Shown here: positions 18,357 to 27,468 of the stretch, one piece after another
Layout: the number at the start of each line of letters is the position of its first letter
Position numbering within the stretch: the stretch's first letter is position 1
Assembly: GCA_023245355.1 (NCBI GenBank)
Contig: JAHFKN010000001.1
Span: 268,596 to 332,595 of the forward strand
Source of the DNA: Candidatus Gottesmanbacteria bacterium
GTDB lineage: Bacteria > Patescibacteriota > Microgenomatia > UBA10105 > UBA927
Direction: 5' to 3'
DNA length: 64,000 bases
Notes under the pieces: model-generated
The model's input: only the letters and a program-made list of their open reading frames with translations
The model's database searches: none
Told to the model about the DNA's origin: nothing
Program-made: the position numbers and the translations under genes

Positions 18357-19733
18357 TTATATAAGTTTTTTCTGAAAATATGCGGTAAGTTCGCGTACGG
18401 GTATCCGCTCCTGTTTGGTCGTATCGCGGTCGCGAACCGTAACTGCACCGTCTTCCAGCGTAGCATAATCGACTGTCACGCACCAGGGAGTCCCGATCTC
18501 ATCCTGAGCCAGATACCGTTTTCCGATGTTACCGCGGTCATCCCACGCGACGGCAAAGGATTGCTTGAGTTCATCGTACAGCGCACGGGCTTTTTGGGTT
18601 AACTCCGGTTTGTTTGCAACAAGCGGAAATACCGCTACCTTAAAAGGAGACAGCTTCGGACTGAGTTTTAATACAATCCGCTTTTCCTCCTGCACATACG
18701 AATCGGCAAGCACCATCAGAAACAGACGGTTAATACCTACTGCGGGCTCGATCACGTGCGGAATGAATTTTTTGCCTGTCTGCGGATTCATATACCGCAA
18801 ATCCGCCCCGGAGTGTTTCGCCTGCTGCGTCAGATCATAATCAGTCCGGTACGCAATTCCCCACAATTCCTTCCATCCGAACGGAAACTGATAATCCAGA
18901 TCAAACGTGTCCTTGCTGTAATGGCTGCGTTCTTTGTCCGTGTGGCGCCTCCACCGCAGATTCGCTTCATCAACCCCCATGGTTTTGGTGATAAACGACC
19001 ACATCGCTTCTTTCCATGCATCAAAAATTTTCTGCCAGTCTTCCGTTTCCGGGTCAAAAAAATATTCTATCTCCGCCTGTTCAAGCTCTATCGTCCGGAA
19101 AATAAACTGCCCGGTCGTAATCTCATTGCGGAATGATTTTCCGATCTGGCCGACTCCGAACGGCAGCTGCACGCGGCTCGAGTCCACGATGTTTCGGAAA
19201 TTCGTAAATATTCCCTGTGCGGTCTCACCCCGCAGATAGAGCGTGGATTTTTCCCCCTCTACCACGCCTAATTTCGTTTCAAACAGCAGGTTAAACGTTT
19301 TGGGGGCACTCAACGGATTTCCGTCGGGACTTTCTACCGCATGTTTACTGATATACTCGCCCATCTGCTCGATCGTCAGATCTTCGACCACCACGCCTGA
19401 ATCAGGATGTGTCTTGAGCCATTCTTCGATGACATGGTCGGCACGGTACCGTTTGTTTGTGACGGTATCCTCCACCAGAGGATCGTTAAACGACCCGACA
19501 TGTCCGCTGGCAACCCAGGTTTGAGGGTGCAGCAATATCTGGCTGTCCAACCCGACCATATCAGCTCTGTCCTGAACAAATGTTTTCCACCAGATATTCC
19601 GGATATTCCGAAGCAGTTCGGCTCCCATCGGTCCGTAATCATACGAGCTCATGAGTCCGCCGTATATATCGCTCGTAGGATACACAAATCCCCGGCGTTT
19701 ACATAAACTTGCGATTGCGTCTAATGTGATCAT
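18357..19733 (-). CDS. glyQS: Glycine--tRNA ligase, alpha2 (GlyQS/GlyS) type
   Basis: KRRGF, IYGG, DYGPMG, YLRGETAQGIF, QIGKSFRNEI, GIAYRTDYDL, PHVIEPAVG and IGKRY..QDEIGTP motifs; AGGAGG RBS. Confidence 0.96.
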   Translation of the reverse strand: MITLDAIASLCKRRGFVYPTSDIYGGLMSSYDYGPMGAELLRNIRNIWWKTFVQDRADMVGLDSQILLHPQTWVASGHVGSFNDPLVEDTVTNKRYRADHVIEEWLKTHPDSGVVVEDLTIEQMGEYISKHAVESPDGNPLSAPKTFNLLFETKLGVVEGEKSTLYLRGETAQGIFTNFRNIVDSSRVQLPFGVGQIGKSFRNEITTGQFIFRTIELEQAEIEYFFDPETEDWQKIFDAWKEAMWSFITKTMGVDEANLRWRRHTDKERSHYSKDTFDLDYQFPFGWKELWGIAYRTDYDLTQQAKHSGADLRYMNPQTGKKFIPHVIEPAVGINRLFLMVLADSYVQEEKRIVLKLSPKLSPFKVAVFPLVANKPELTQKARALYDELKQSFAVAWDDRGNIGKRYLAQDEIGTPWCVTVDYATLEDGAVTVRDRDTTKQERIPVRELTAYFQKKLI

Positions 19734-19745
19734 ATATTTCCTCCT

Positions 19746-19893
19746 AATAAAAAAGCCCCCACCACAATATGCTTGTGATAGGGGTCCAAATTATTTCGGA
19801 CGGTTCCACCCTACTTCCCCGATCGTATCGGGACAACTTCATTTATGTTCGGTAAGACTCCCCCGGAGCCACCCGGGATCACCGTCTCACACA
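19746..19893 (-). ncRNA. Glycine T-box riboswitch, minimal architecture
   Basis: Antiterminator AGGG-UGGAACC-GUCC...GGAC-CCCU (19812-19780); Stem III UCCCGAU/AUCGGGG (19833-19817); K-turn hairpin with a GGC loop (19890-19852); directly upstream of glyQS. Confidence 0.85.
19749..19784 (-). terminator. Intrinsic terminator of the T-box leader
   Basis: Stem CCCCUAUCACAA-GCAUA-UUGUGGUGGGGG followed by CUUUUUU; its 5' arm is shared with the antiterminator 3' strand. Confidence 0.88.
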
Positions 19894-19899
19894 AAGACA

Positions 19900-19929
19900 A
19901 GTGTACCGTATGCGAATTTTGTCTGTCAA
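19900..19929 (-). promoter_or_regulatory. Sigma70 promoter of the glyQS leader
   Basis: TTGACA (19929-19924)-N18-TACACT (19905-19900); the -35 overlaps the recO stop codon. Confidence 0.75.
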
Positions 19930-20498
19930 GCAATTTTCCCGCGCTCCTCCATAAGAAGCCGTGCAAAATGCGTACTCTTCATTCTCCGCTCCGTAATGGT
20001 TTCTATAAACTGCTGAAGGGCTTGCCCGTTTAATGTTTTGCTCCGCGGCAAAAATCCGAGCGTCCAGAGGAGCTCCAGAGTAAATGTTTTGCTCATCGGA
20101 TACATGCGGGTTCCGCTACACAGATCATCAAGCGCCCGGGTAAGAAGGGAAAATACATCCCGTTGCTCCTGCTTTTCCGGCAGCAGACTGTCTATGAGTT
20201 CGCAGAAATAATACGCCATACTTACACGCGTAAGATCGCCACGCACTGCCTGATACGCGTTTACCGGCTCTGCTTCCGAAATACTTTCAAGCGATTTGCC
20301 GCTGTGAACGACGATGTTCACCCGGGTAAATACCTCAAGATGCGGAGCACGACGGCTGGAAACCTTCCGGATCCCTTTGGCGATCACGCGCATTTTTCCG
20401 TATTCTTTGGTAAACACCGTGATAATCCTGTCTGCTTCGCCGACATTTTTCCGCTTCAGGATTATTCCTTCCGCTTTATAGACGCGTGGGGACGTCAT
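19926..20498 (-). CDS. recO: DNA repair protein RecO (short, without zinc finger)
   Basis: GIILKRKNVGEADRIITVFTKEYGK..AKGIRK..SRR, ELIDSLLPE and LLWTLGF. Start set at MTSPR. Confidence 0.9.
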   Translation of the reverse strand: MTSPRVYKAEGIILKRKNVGEADRIITVFTKEYGKMRVIAKGIRKVSSRRAPHLEVFTRVNIVVHSGKSLESISEAEPVNAYQAVRGDLTRVSMAYYFCELIDSLLPEKQEQRDVFSLLTRALDDLCSGTRMYPMSKTFTLELLWTLGFLPRSKTLNGQALQQFIETITERRMKSTHFARLLMEERGKIA

Positions 20499-20503
20499 GA
20501 AGA

Positions 20504-22471
20504 TTAAAGCACTACTTCCGTATCGGTATCCAATATCATTTTCTTCCGGTCTTTCCCGTTTAGGCGGATGATCCACTCCTGCCCGTTGGTACCCGACTGT
20601 TTTTGGATCAATAACCGGTATTTACCGTCAGCGGATTTGAGCGGAGACGTGTAGGTGATTTCTATACGGGCTGTTCCCATCGGGTTGACGATCAGGAATC
20701 CCTCAAATACGGTTTTCTGCAAATCAGTGTAGGTATCCACGGGTTTAGACTTACCGTCCGTCGGCGATATGATTCCCTTGCTTTCGACAAGTTTGCTGCC
20801 CGTCGGCGCGTACACCCGTACCCAGTTCCTAAGCGGCGCGTTTAAGCATAATCCTCCGCTTTCCAATCCGCAGTCGCTTCCCTTATACGGATTTTTGTAA
20901 TCAACAGTCAGCTTCGTCGTCACGCTGTCTCCGCTTACCGTGACATCTTTTGTCACTTTTTCACTGACAAACATGTTCGATTTGGCTCCTGCCATATTGC
21001 TGTTATTGAGGTGTACGTAATCCCATCCGTTATTTTCTTTATATGCCAGAAGCGTTGCCGTCTCGGAAGCCGTCATAATACGTCCGGCCATATTGAAGCT
21101 CTCAGCTGCTTTCTGTGCGCCGGGTTCCAGGAAGTACGCAAGCACGTGTTTCTGATTCACTTCGGTCAGAAGCATCTGGAATAATTTGCCCCAGTATTGT
21201 GACGGGGAAACGCCAAGCGCTTTCTGCATGAGTTGCTGCAGTAATGTTCCGATAATGTCCTTGCGTTCCGTCCGGACATAATTGACCGGCCGCGTGGAAT
21301 AATCTTCCAGCTCATAGACTGCCCTCGGGCAATCACACCGCTTGTCCGTATCGGCAGAAAATACCCGTCCGCCGATCGTCTCGGATCCCAGTATTTTCAG
21401 CACTTCGACCAGAACGTGCGTATCGACCGCGATAATACCGTCGATTTTTTCTTTGCCGGCAGCCGTGTCATACATCCTGAGAAACTGCTGCATGGACACT
21501 TTATAATCCGGATTCAGGTTACTGTCCCGGATATACAGGTTATAGACGTTTTTGTGGAATGTCGTAATCTCCCGGGGCGCGGGGAATTTCTGCTTCAATG
21601 CACTGTCGAGATCATAGATATCCGTCGATTTCTCGAGAATCATTTTCCCTTTTTCCAGACGGAACTGGGCATATGCGGTCAAAAATCCGCCCGTACTCCG
21701 GAGTTCTTTGTCATTTTGGAACAGGATAAGATACCGCCGCATCTCCGGTTCTCCCAGCATGGCCGGGAGATTGATAAGAAGCGGCTGGGCATTCACGAAC
21801 AGATTTGCCGCATTATCGATAACGTCTTTCATCTCTACCAACCGCGCACGCACGACTGTTTTGCCGATTTTCGCTGGATACCTATCCGGATTGATCTGAT
21901 CCAGCTCCTTACGCATCGTGTCGATGGAACCTGCCATTTCCGTAATCTTCGGCGTCAATGCTTTCATGGTCTTTACCGCGACTTGGATACGTTCGTCTGC
22001 CGACCCCTGAACAAATTTGCTGCCTCCGGTAAATCCCAGTAAATCCGCGTTCGGCTCCAGTGCTTCTATCGCCCGGTCAGCAGCATCGAGGGCTGCAAAT
22101 CCGGCTGCGATTCCGTGCGATCCGTCATTGACGTATGCCCCTAAGAACGGGATAAATTTAAGAGGTGCCATCTTGTTATATTCTTTTGACAATGCCGTAA
22201 ATGCAGTGCGGGTTTTGGATAACCCGTCTTTGGTAGCAGCTAAATCCTGATTCTTGAGCGCTTCAGCAGTCTGACGGCCGATTGCTGCTACGTCATTTGC
22301 CTTTACCATAACACCCCGGAGCGGCAGCAGCATAACACCGATAATTGCTACCACAACCAGAATGATTCCGAGTGGAATCAGAATAAATTTTGCGGAAAAT
22401 TTTTTCTTTGCGGGAGTCATAACAGGATCAGGTGTCGTATCAACGGTAATTTTTTTGAGTTCTTCAACCAT
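20504..22471 (-). CDS. DUF4012-domain membrane-anchored protein
   Basis: N-terminal TM and coiled coil, then YLILFQNDKELRSTGGF, RDSN..PD, IDGIIAVD, N..GAKSN and LLIQKQSG. Confidence 0.8.
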   Translation of the reverse strand: MVEELKKITVDTTPDPVMTPAKKKFSAKFILIPLGIILVVVAIIGVMLLPLRGVMVKANDVAAIGRQTAEALKNQDLAATKDGLSKTRTAFTALSKEYNKMAPLKFIPFLGAYVNDGSHGIAAGFAALDAADRAIEALEPNADLLGFTGGSKFVQGSADERIQVAVKTMKALTPKITEMAGSIDTMRKELDQINPDRYPAKIGKTVVRARLVEMKDVIDNAANLFVNAQPLLINLPAMLGEPEMRRYLILFQNDKELRSTGGFLTAYAQFRLEKGKMILEKSTDIYDLDSALKQKFPAPREITTFHKNVYNLYIRDSNLNPDYKVSMQQFLRMYDTAAGKEKIDGIIAVDTHVLVEVLKILGSETIGGRVFSADTDKRCDCPRAVYELEDYSTRPVNYVRTERKDIIGTLLQQLMQKALGVSPSQYWGKLFQMLLTEVNQKHVLAYFLEPGAQKAAESFNMAGRIMTASETATLLAYKENNGWDYVHLNNSNMAGAKSNMFVSEKVTKDVTVSGDSVTTKLTVDYKNPYKGSDCGLESGGLCLNAPLRNWVRVYAPTGSKLVESKGIISPTDGKSKPVDTYTDLQKTVFEGFLIVNPMGTARIEITYTSPLKSADGKYRLLIQKQSGTNGQEWIIRLNGKDRKKMILDTDTEVVL

Positions 22472-22531
22472 GGAATTATTGTCGGGTGTAGCGGCAAAAA
22501 AGTCAACCCCGCCCGGTACGGATTGGGTTCC

Positions 22532-23167
22532 TTACACTGCTCCTCTGCCCGATATCATAGCCCAGGGGCTTTTAAGCAGAATGTATATATCCAGAAATAA
22601 TGAGCGTTTGAGTACGTAATCAGCGTCCAGTTTTATCCGTTTGTCAAAATTCACTTCGCTTCTGCCTGACACCTGCCAATACCCCGTAATTCCCGGGCGT
22701 GATGACAGCACGATCTGCACAAGTTCCTTCGTATGGGGATATTTGCGCTGCTGCTCAACCAGCTCGTCGGCATAGTACGGACGCGGGCCGACCAGACTCA
22801 TATCTCCTTTGAGCACGTTGAGAAACTGCGGGATCTCATCGAGCGAATGTTTGCGGATAAACCGGCCGACGGCAGTGACCCTGGGGTCTTCCCGGAGTTT
22901 ATAACTGTTCCGTTTATACTCGAGGTACAGTTTCTTGAGCTTCGGATCGGTACGGAGTTTTACATGCGCATTGACGATCATCGACCGGAACTTAAACAGC
23001 TTAAACGGCTTCCCGTTTTTTCCGACGCGCTGCGGCGTATCGGCAAATACCGGACCCGGACTATCAAAAACAATAGCCAGAGCGACGATAATGCTGATAG
23101 GAAGAAAAATAATTGCAAGAATCAGACTTCCGACAATATCAATAAACCGCTTTAAAATAGTGTACAT
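22532..23167 (-). CDS. Monotopic phosphoglycosyltransferase (Bac_transf; initiating sugar transferase)
   Basis: KRFIDI, FKFRSM, DPRVT.VGRFIRKHSLDEIPQ, GDMSLVGPRP and PGITGYWQVSGR motifs. Confidence 0.92.
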   Translation of the reverse strand: MYTILKRFIDIVGSLILAIIFLPISIIVALAIVFDSPGPVFADTPQRVGKNGKPFKLFKFRSMIVNAHVKLRTDPKLKKLYLEYKRNSYKLREDPRVTAVGRFIRKHSLDEIPQFLNVLKGDMSLVGPRPYYADELVEQQRKYPHTKELVQIVLSSRPGITGYWQVSGRSEVNFDKRIKLDADYVLKRSLFLDIYILLKSPWAMISGRGAV

Positions 23168-23194
23168 AATGCCGCACCACATGACCGTTTGGTT

Positions 23195-24280
23195 TCAGGT
23201 TAAGTGGTCGTTTTCTGTGCCCTGCATGGATTCGACAAGTTTTTTCACTTTCGGTACCGATGTTTTCCGGCATACAAGCAGCACGTCATCGGTGTTGACG
23301 ACCAGTACATCTTCCATATCGATGGTAACGACCAGCTGCTTCCCGTTATAGTTATACACTAAACTGTCCTCTGTATCCGTAAGCATCACTTTTCCCTGCG
23401 TGACGTTTTTCTCTTTTGATTCTTCCAGCGCTTCCTTGAGTGCTTCCCAGGCTCCTATATCGCTCCATTCAATGTTGTCTGATATGACCAGCGCATCATT
23501 GGCATCAAGTTTTTCCAATATGGCGTTATCAAAACTGATTTTTTCCAGCGTCGGGTAGATCTCATCGAGTATGTCAGAAAACTGTGCCGTGCCCCACGCA
23601 TCGGCAATCCGGGTAATACCGGCTGCCAAATTCGGAGCAAACGCTACATACTGCTTCCATAAAAACGCCGGCGTCGTCACAAAATATCCTAAATTCCATG
23701 CATGGTGACCGCTGGCAAAGTACTTTTTGGCGGTGTCTGCATCCGGGCGGTACTGAAAATCCACAAACGAGTGGAAGGATACGCCTTCTTTTTTCATCAC
23801 TTCGCTGCCGTAGGAAATCCATCCTAAATTTTCACTGGCAAACCGGGGCTTTTGGGATACGAACACGATTTTATCCTGATTGTCTTTCACGATATCTCCG
23901 GCTATACGGAGAATTTTCCGGAATAACGCTTCTTTTCTCACCAGATGATCACTCCAGAGAATAACCATGGGTTCGTTCGGCGTTTCTTTGGCAAGCAGCG
24001 CTGTCATGAGTCCTACTGCCGGTCCGACATCGCGCACCTGAGGTTCCCCTATTACGTGTCTCGGAGGTAATTTGTTTAATTGCTCCTGTACGATGGGAAT
24101 ATATTGTTTCCCTGTGGATATAAAAATATCCTCCCAGGTAAAATCCGGGAGCAGCCGCTCAGCAGCAAGCTGCAGCGTGGACCGGTCGCCGATAATTTTT
24201 TCAAACTGTTTGGGTGACTTTTTCCGTGATAACGGCCACAGCCTTGTCCCGACTCCGCCTGCAAATATAATTGCTTTCAT
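23195..24280 (-). CDS. manC: Mannose-1-phosphate guanylyltransferase (no cupin domain)
   Basis: AGGVGTRLWPLSR..PKQF, SDH, ISFDNAILEK and WSDIGAW motifs. Confidence 0.82.
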   Translation of the reverse strand: MKAIIFAGGVGTRLWPLSRKKSPKQFEKIIGDRSTLQLAAERLLPDFTWEDIFISTGKQYIPIVQEQLNKLPPRHVIGEPQVRDVGPAVGLMTALLAKETPNEPMVILWSDHLVRKEALFRKILRIAGDIVKDNQDKIVFVSQKPRFASENLGWISYGSEVMKKEGVSFHSFVDFQYRPDADTAKKYFASGHHAWNLGYFVTTPAFLWKQYVAFAPNLAAGITRIADAWGTAQFSDILDEIYPTLEKISFDNAILEKLDANDALVISDNIEWSDIGAWEALKEALEESKEKNVTQGKVMLTDTEDSLVYNYNGKQLVVTIDMEDVLVVNTDDVLLVCRKTSVPKVKKLVESMQGTENDHLT

Positions 24281-24338
24281 ACCTGATTATGGAAATTCCG
24301 TTTGTGTTACGGTGACGGAATTCCGTTATCCTTTCTTT

Positions 24339-25481
24339 TTACACTGCTGCCGGTATCATTGTTGTTTTTTGTTTTTGATACAGCTTCGTTACGAGACTGT
24401 GCATACGTTTGCGAAAATGTCCTTCACTCATATTACTCACCTGCGCACGGCAGTCTGACGCCGTATACTCCTGCGTCAGAAATTCCCTGACTGCAGCTAT
24501 CAGCGAATCCGCTGTTTGGTGATCATACAACACACCGGATACATGTTCCTTTACTATTTCCGCTACCCCGCTTTGCCGGTATGCTATTACCGGAACACCG
24601 ATTGCCTGCGCCTCTGCTGCGGCAAGTCCGAAGTCTTCATCGGCTGCATATACAAATGCACGACAACCCTCATAATATCGAACCAGCTCAGAATCTGTCA
24701 AATGACGGTCGATAAACCGGATGTTGGATCGGGCCTGCGATTTCAGTTCCCGCTTCTGCCAGCCGTCCCCGATGATGACAAGCGGGAGACCGAGCGCGTT
24801 AAACGCCTGAATGAGAATATCAAGCCGTTTATAACTCACTAACCGGGACACGGTAAGGAAATATGATCGTTTTTTTGTGCGCTTCCCTGACGTCCGCCGG
24901 AACAATTGCGTATCTACCGGCGGATGGATGACATCGGTCACATCACGGTGATAATACGTTTCGATCCTCTGTTTTACCCGCTGCGAAATGGCCACATAAT
25001 AATCGGGCCTGCTGGCGGAAACGATATCCCATTCCCGCAAAACCGGAGCCATCAGACGCAGTGCTGCCGCAGCTATACCACTGAATAATCCAAACCCCGG
25101 CTGATTCATATACTGTGTAAATCCGCTCCATAAGTACCGGGTGGGAGTGAGACAATAACAGATATGCAGCGTATCCGGCTTGGTAATGACGTTTTTGGCC
25201 TCTGCCGATGTCACCGAAATGACGACGTCATATTCATCAAATGTAAACGATTCAAACGCAATGGGGGTAAGCCCCAGCAACGACTCATGTGCATGGGTTG
25301 CAAACGGAATACGCTGTAAAAACGACGGGTGCACACGGAATACATCCGCCCACGATGCGCGTTTTTTATCATACACCGCCGTAAAAAGAGGAGCCGCCGG
25401 CCAGATTTTATGAAGTGCCAAAAGCACCCGCTCCGCTCCCCCCCATTTATTTACCCGGTCATACACGAATGCAACGTTCAT
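24339..25481 (-). CDS. GT4 glycosyltransferase (WbaZ-like mannosyltransferase)
   Basis: GGAERVL, CYCLTPTRYLW, SRLVSYKR and EDFGLAAAEA motifs. Confidence 0.85.
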   Translation of the reverse strand: MNVAFVYDRVNKWGGAERVLLALHKIWPAAPLFTAVYDKKRASWADVFRVHPSFLQRIPFATHAHESLLGLTPIAFESFTFDEYDVVISVTSAEAKNVITKPDTLHICYCLTPTRYLWSGFTQYMNQPGFGLFSGIAAAALRLMAPVLREWDIVSASRPDYYVAISQRVKQRIETYYHRDVTDVIHPPVDTQLFRRTSGKRTKKRSYFLTVSRLVSYKRLDILIQAFNALGLPLVIIGDGWQKRELKSQARSNIRFIDRHLTDSELVRYYEGCRAFVYAADEDFGLAAAEAQAIGVPVIAYRQSGVAEIVKEHVSGVLYDHQTADSLIAAVREFLTQEYTASDCRAQVSNMSEGHFRKRMHSLVTKLYQKQKTTMIPAAV

Positions 25482-26580
25482 AAATGCTTTGCGTCTCCTC
25501 TGCCATACGTTTCCATGAAAACGCACTCAGAAATTTTTTATCATTGCCCTGCAATTGCATGACGGTACTGTTCTTTGCCGCTATATCCGTAAGCGCCTTT
25601 GCCAAACTCCCGGAACTGTTCGGATCAAAATATACGGCGTGAGACCCCAATATCTCATGAAATACGGGGATGTCGGAAGCGCATACGATACATCCTAAAG
25701 AAACCGCTTCCAGCGCAGGTAATCCGAACCCTTCCATCAGGGACGGAAAAACAAACGCGGATGCATGCGTATACAGACTGACAAGCTGCGGGTCATTTGC
25801 CGGACCGAAAAAAACGACGGACGAAGAAAGTCCCATCTCATGAACACGGGCATTCACCTGCCGGTAAAAGAAATCATCCGCGCCGACCAACACGAGTTTA
25901 CACGCACCGACGGATTTTTGGGTATCCATAAACTGCCGGAATCCCTCTAAGAGCATTTGGATATTTTTGTGCGGATAGGCATTTCCTACGTAGAGAAAAT
26001 AGGGTTCGTTAATCAGACGTTTTCCTTTCGAAGCGGCATGATTCATAAGCGCCGGGTCCACTCCTTCGTATGTGACGGTTATGTTCTTGCCCGGTATATG
26101 AAAATGATCCATGATTTCCCGTTTTGTCGCCTCTGAAACAGCGATGATATGGCGTGCGCGCCTGAGCCCTATCCATAATTCCAGCCAGTATCCCAGCCGT
26201 TTGAGGTAATACAGCGGCAGCGGCAGCGTCGTGGCTTTGCCGGTAGCAAAATGCAGAATAGTCAGATCGTGAATCGTGATTACCATGCGGCCGGAATATA
26301 AAACCGGCGGATTATGATACGGAACGTGCAGGAGATCCAGATGCTCCGATGCAAACAATTGCGGCATGCGGATCTGTTCTGACAGCGTATGCCAATGCGA
26401 AGGAGCCAGCACTTTCTTCCAGCGGGAAGAGGGAAGCGTAAACGAATCGTAACTTTTCGGCGACAGGAACACCACATACTCATGTCCGGAATCGCGAGCA
26501 CCAAGCTCCCCGATCAGATTCCGGATATATCTTCCTACTCCTGTTTCCTGGATAAGCCGCGCGTCTATACCTATTTTCAT
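25459..26580 (-). CDS. GT4 glycosyltransferase (MtfB/WbpY-like)
   Basis: MKIGIDAR, TGVGRY, TIHDL, YVGNAYPHKN and EGFGLPALEA motifs. Confidence 0.88.
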   Translation of the reverse strand: MKIGIDARLIQETGVGRYIRNLIGELGARDSGHEYVVFLSPKSYDSFTLPSSRWKKVLAPSHWHTLSEQIRMPQLFASEHLDLLHVPYHNPPVLYSGRMVITIHDLTILHFATGKATTLPLPLYYLKRLGYWLELWIGLRRARHIIAVSEATKREIMDHFHIPGKNITVTYEGVDPALMNHAASKGKRLINEPYFLYVGNAYPHKNIQMLLEGFRQFMDTQKSVGACKLVLVGADDFFYRQVNARVHEMGLSSSVVFFGPANDPQLVSLYTHASAFVFPSLMEGFGLPALEAVSLGCIVCASDIPVFHEILGSHAVYFDPNSSGSLAKALTDIAAKNSTVMQLQGNDKKFLSAFSWKRMAEETQSIYERCIRV

Positions 26581-26583
26581 ACC

Positions 26584-27468
26584 TCACACTCCGAATTTTT
26601 CCAACAAAAATATTCTCGTTTTATAGACGCTGTCCACAAAAAACGTAAGCCACGGACCATAGACACGCGCGTAGTTTTTGGTATAAAACAGCCAATTATA
26701 TTTGTGAAAATATATTTCCGTCGTGATACGGCGTTGTTTGAGCGTATTGGAGCGTCCGCTCTGTTTTTTTTTGTGCAGGATGGTTGCCGAGGGAGTAAAC
26801 AGAATTTTCCAGCCCTTTTGCCGTATCCTGTACGCCCAGTCTATATCCTCGCCGTACATAAAATAATCCTCGTCAAGGAATCCTACCTCCCGGAGTGTTT
26901 CCCTCCGTATGAGGAAAAATGCGCCGACAATACAGTCTACCTCGTGATCGACGGACAAATCCTTGTACCCCTGATGATATTCCCCGAATAGTTTCGTTTT
27001 CGGAAACAAACGCTCCAGTTTCAGTATGTAGGTGAGCGATACCCACGGCGTCGGAAATCCCCGGTGACAGGCAGGATCCATGGAGCCGTCGGGCAGCAGA
27101 AGCTTGCAGGTCGATGCTCCCGCTTCCGGGTGATGATCCATAAATGAAATCATCGTACGAATCGTATCGGGAGGCGTTTCCGTATCGGTATTGAGAAGCA
27201 ATATGTATCTGCCCTTTGCACGTTTGATCCCGGGATTATTTCCGGCGGCAAATCCCAGATTTTTCCCGTTCTGTATAAAAATGACGCCGGGGAATTCCTT
27301 CTTTACCATTTCCTCACTTTTGTCGGCCGATCCGTTATCAACAACGATCACTTCCATAACATACGGGCCCAATTCGGACTGAAGCAGTGTCGCAAGACAC
27401 ACGTGGGTGAGATCTCTGGTGTTGTAATTTAATATAACAACGGACAAATCCGGATTATTTTTTCTCAT
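26584..27468 (-). CDS. GT2 glycosyltransferase (WbbL/rhamnosyltransferase-like)
   Basis: SVVILNYN, VVDNGS, NLGFAAGNN, LLNTD and FMYGEDIDW motifs. Confidence 0.85.
   Translation of the reverse strand: MRKNNPDLSVVILNYNTRDLTHVCLATLLQSELGPYVMEVIVVDNGSADKSEEMVKKEFPGVIFIQNGKNLGFAAGNNPGIKRAKGRYILLLNTDTETPPDTIRTMISFMDHHPEAGASTCKLLLPDGSMDPACHRGFPTPWVSLTYILKLERLFPKTKLFGEYHQGYKDLSVDHEVDCIVGAFFLIRRETLREVGFLDEDYFMYGEDIDWAYRIRQKGWKILFTPSATILHKKKQSGRSNTLKQRRITTEIYFHKYNWLFYTKNYARVYGPWLTFFVDSVYKTRIFLLEKFGV

Noticed and set aside
24293-24326. Palindrome ACGGAATTCCGT (24315-24326) and an ATTCCGT/ACGGAAT inverted repeat upstream of manC
   Set aside because: Single occurrence, no U-tract and no regulator nearby; cannot be distinguished from chance or a weak hairpin.
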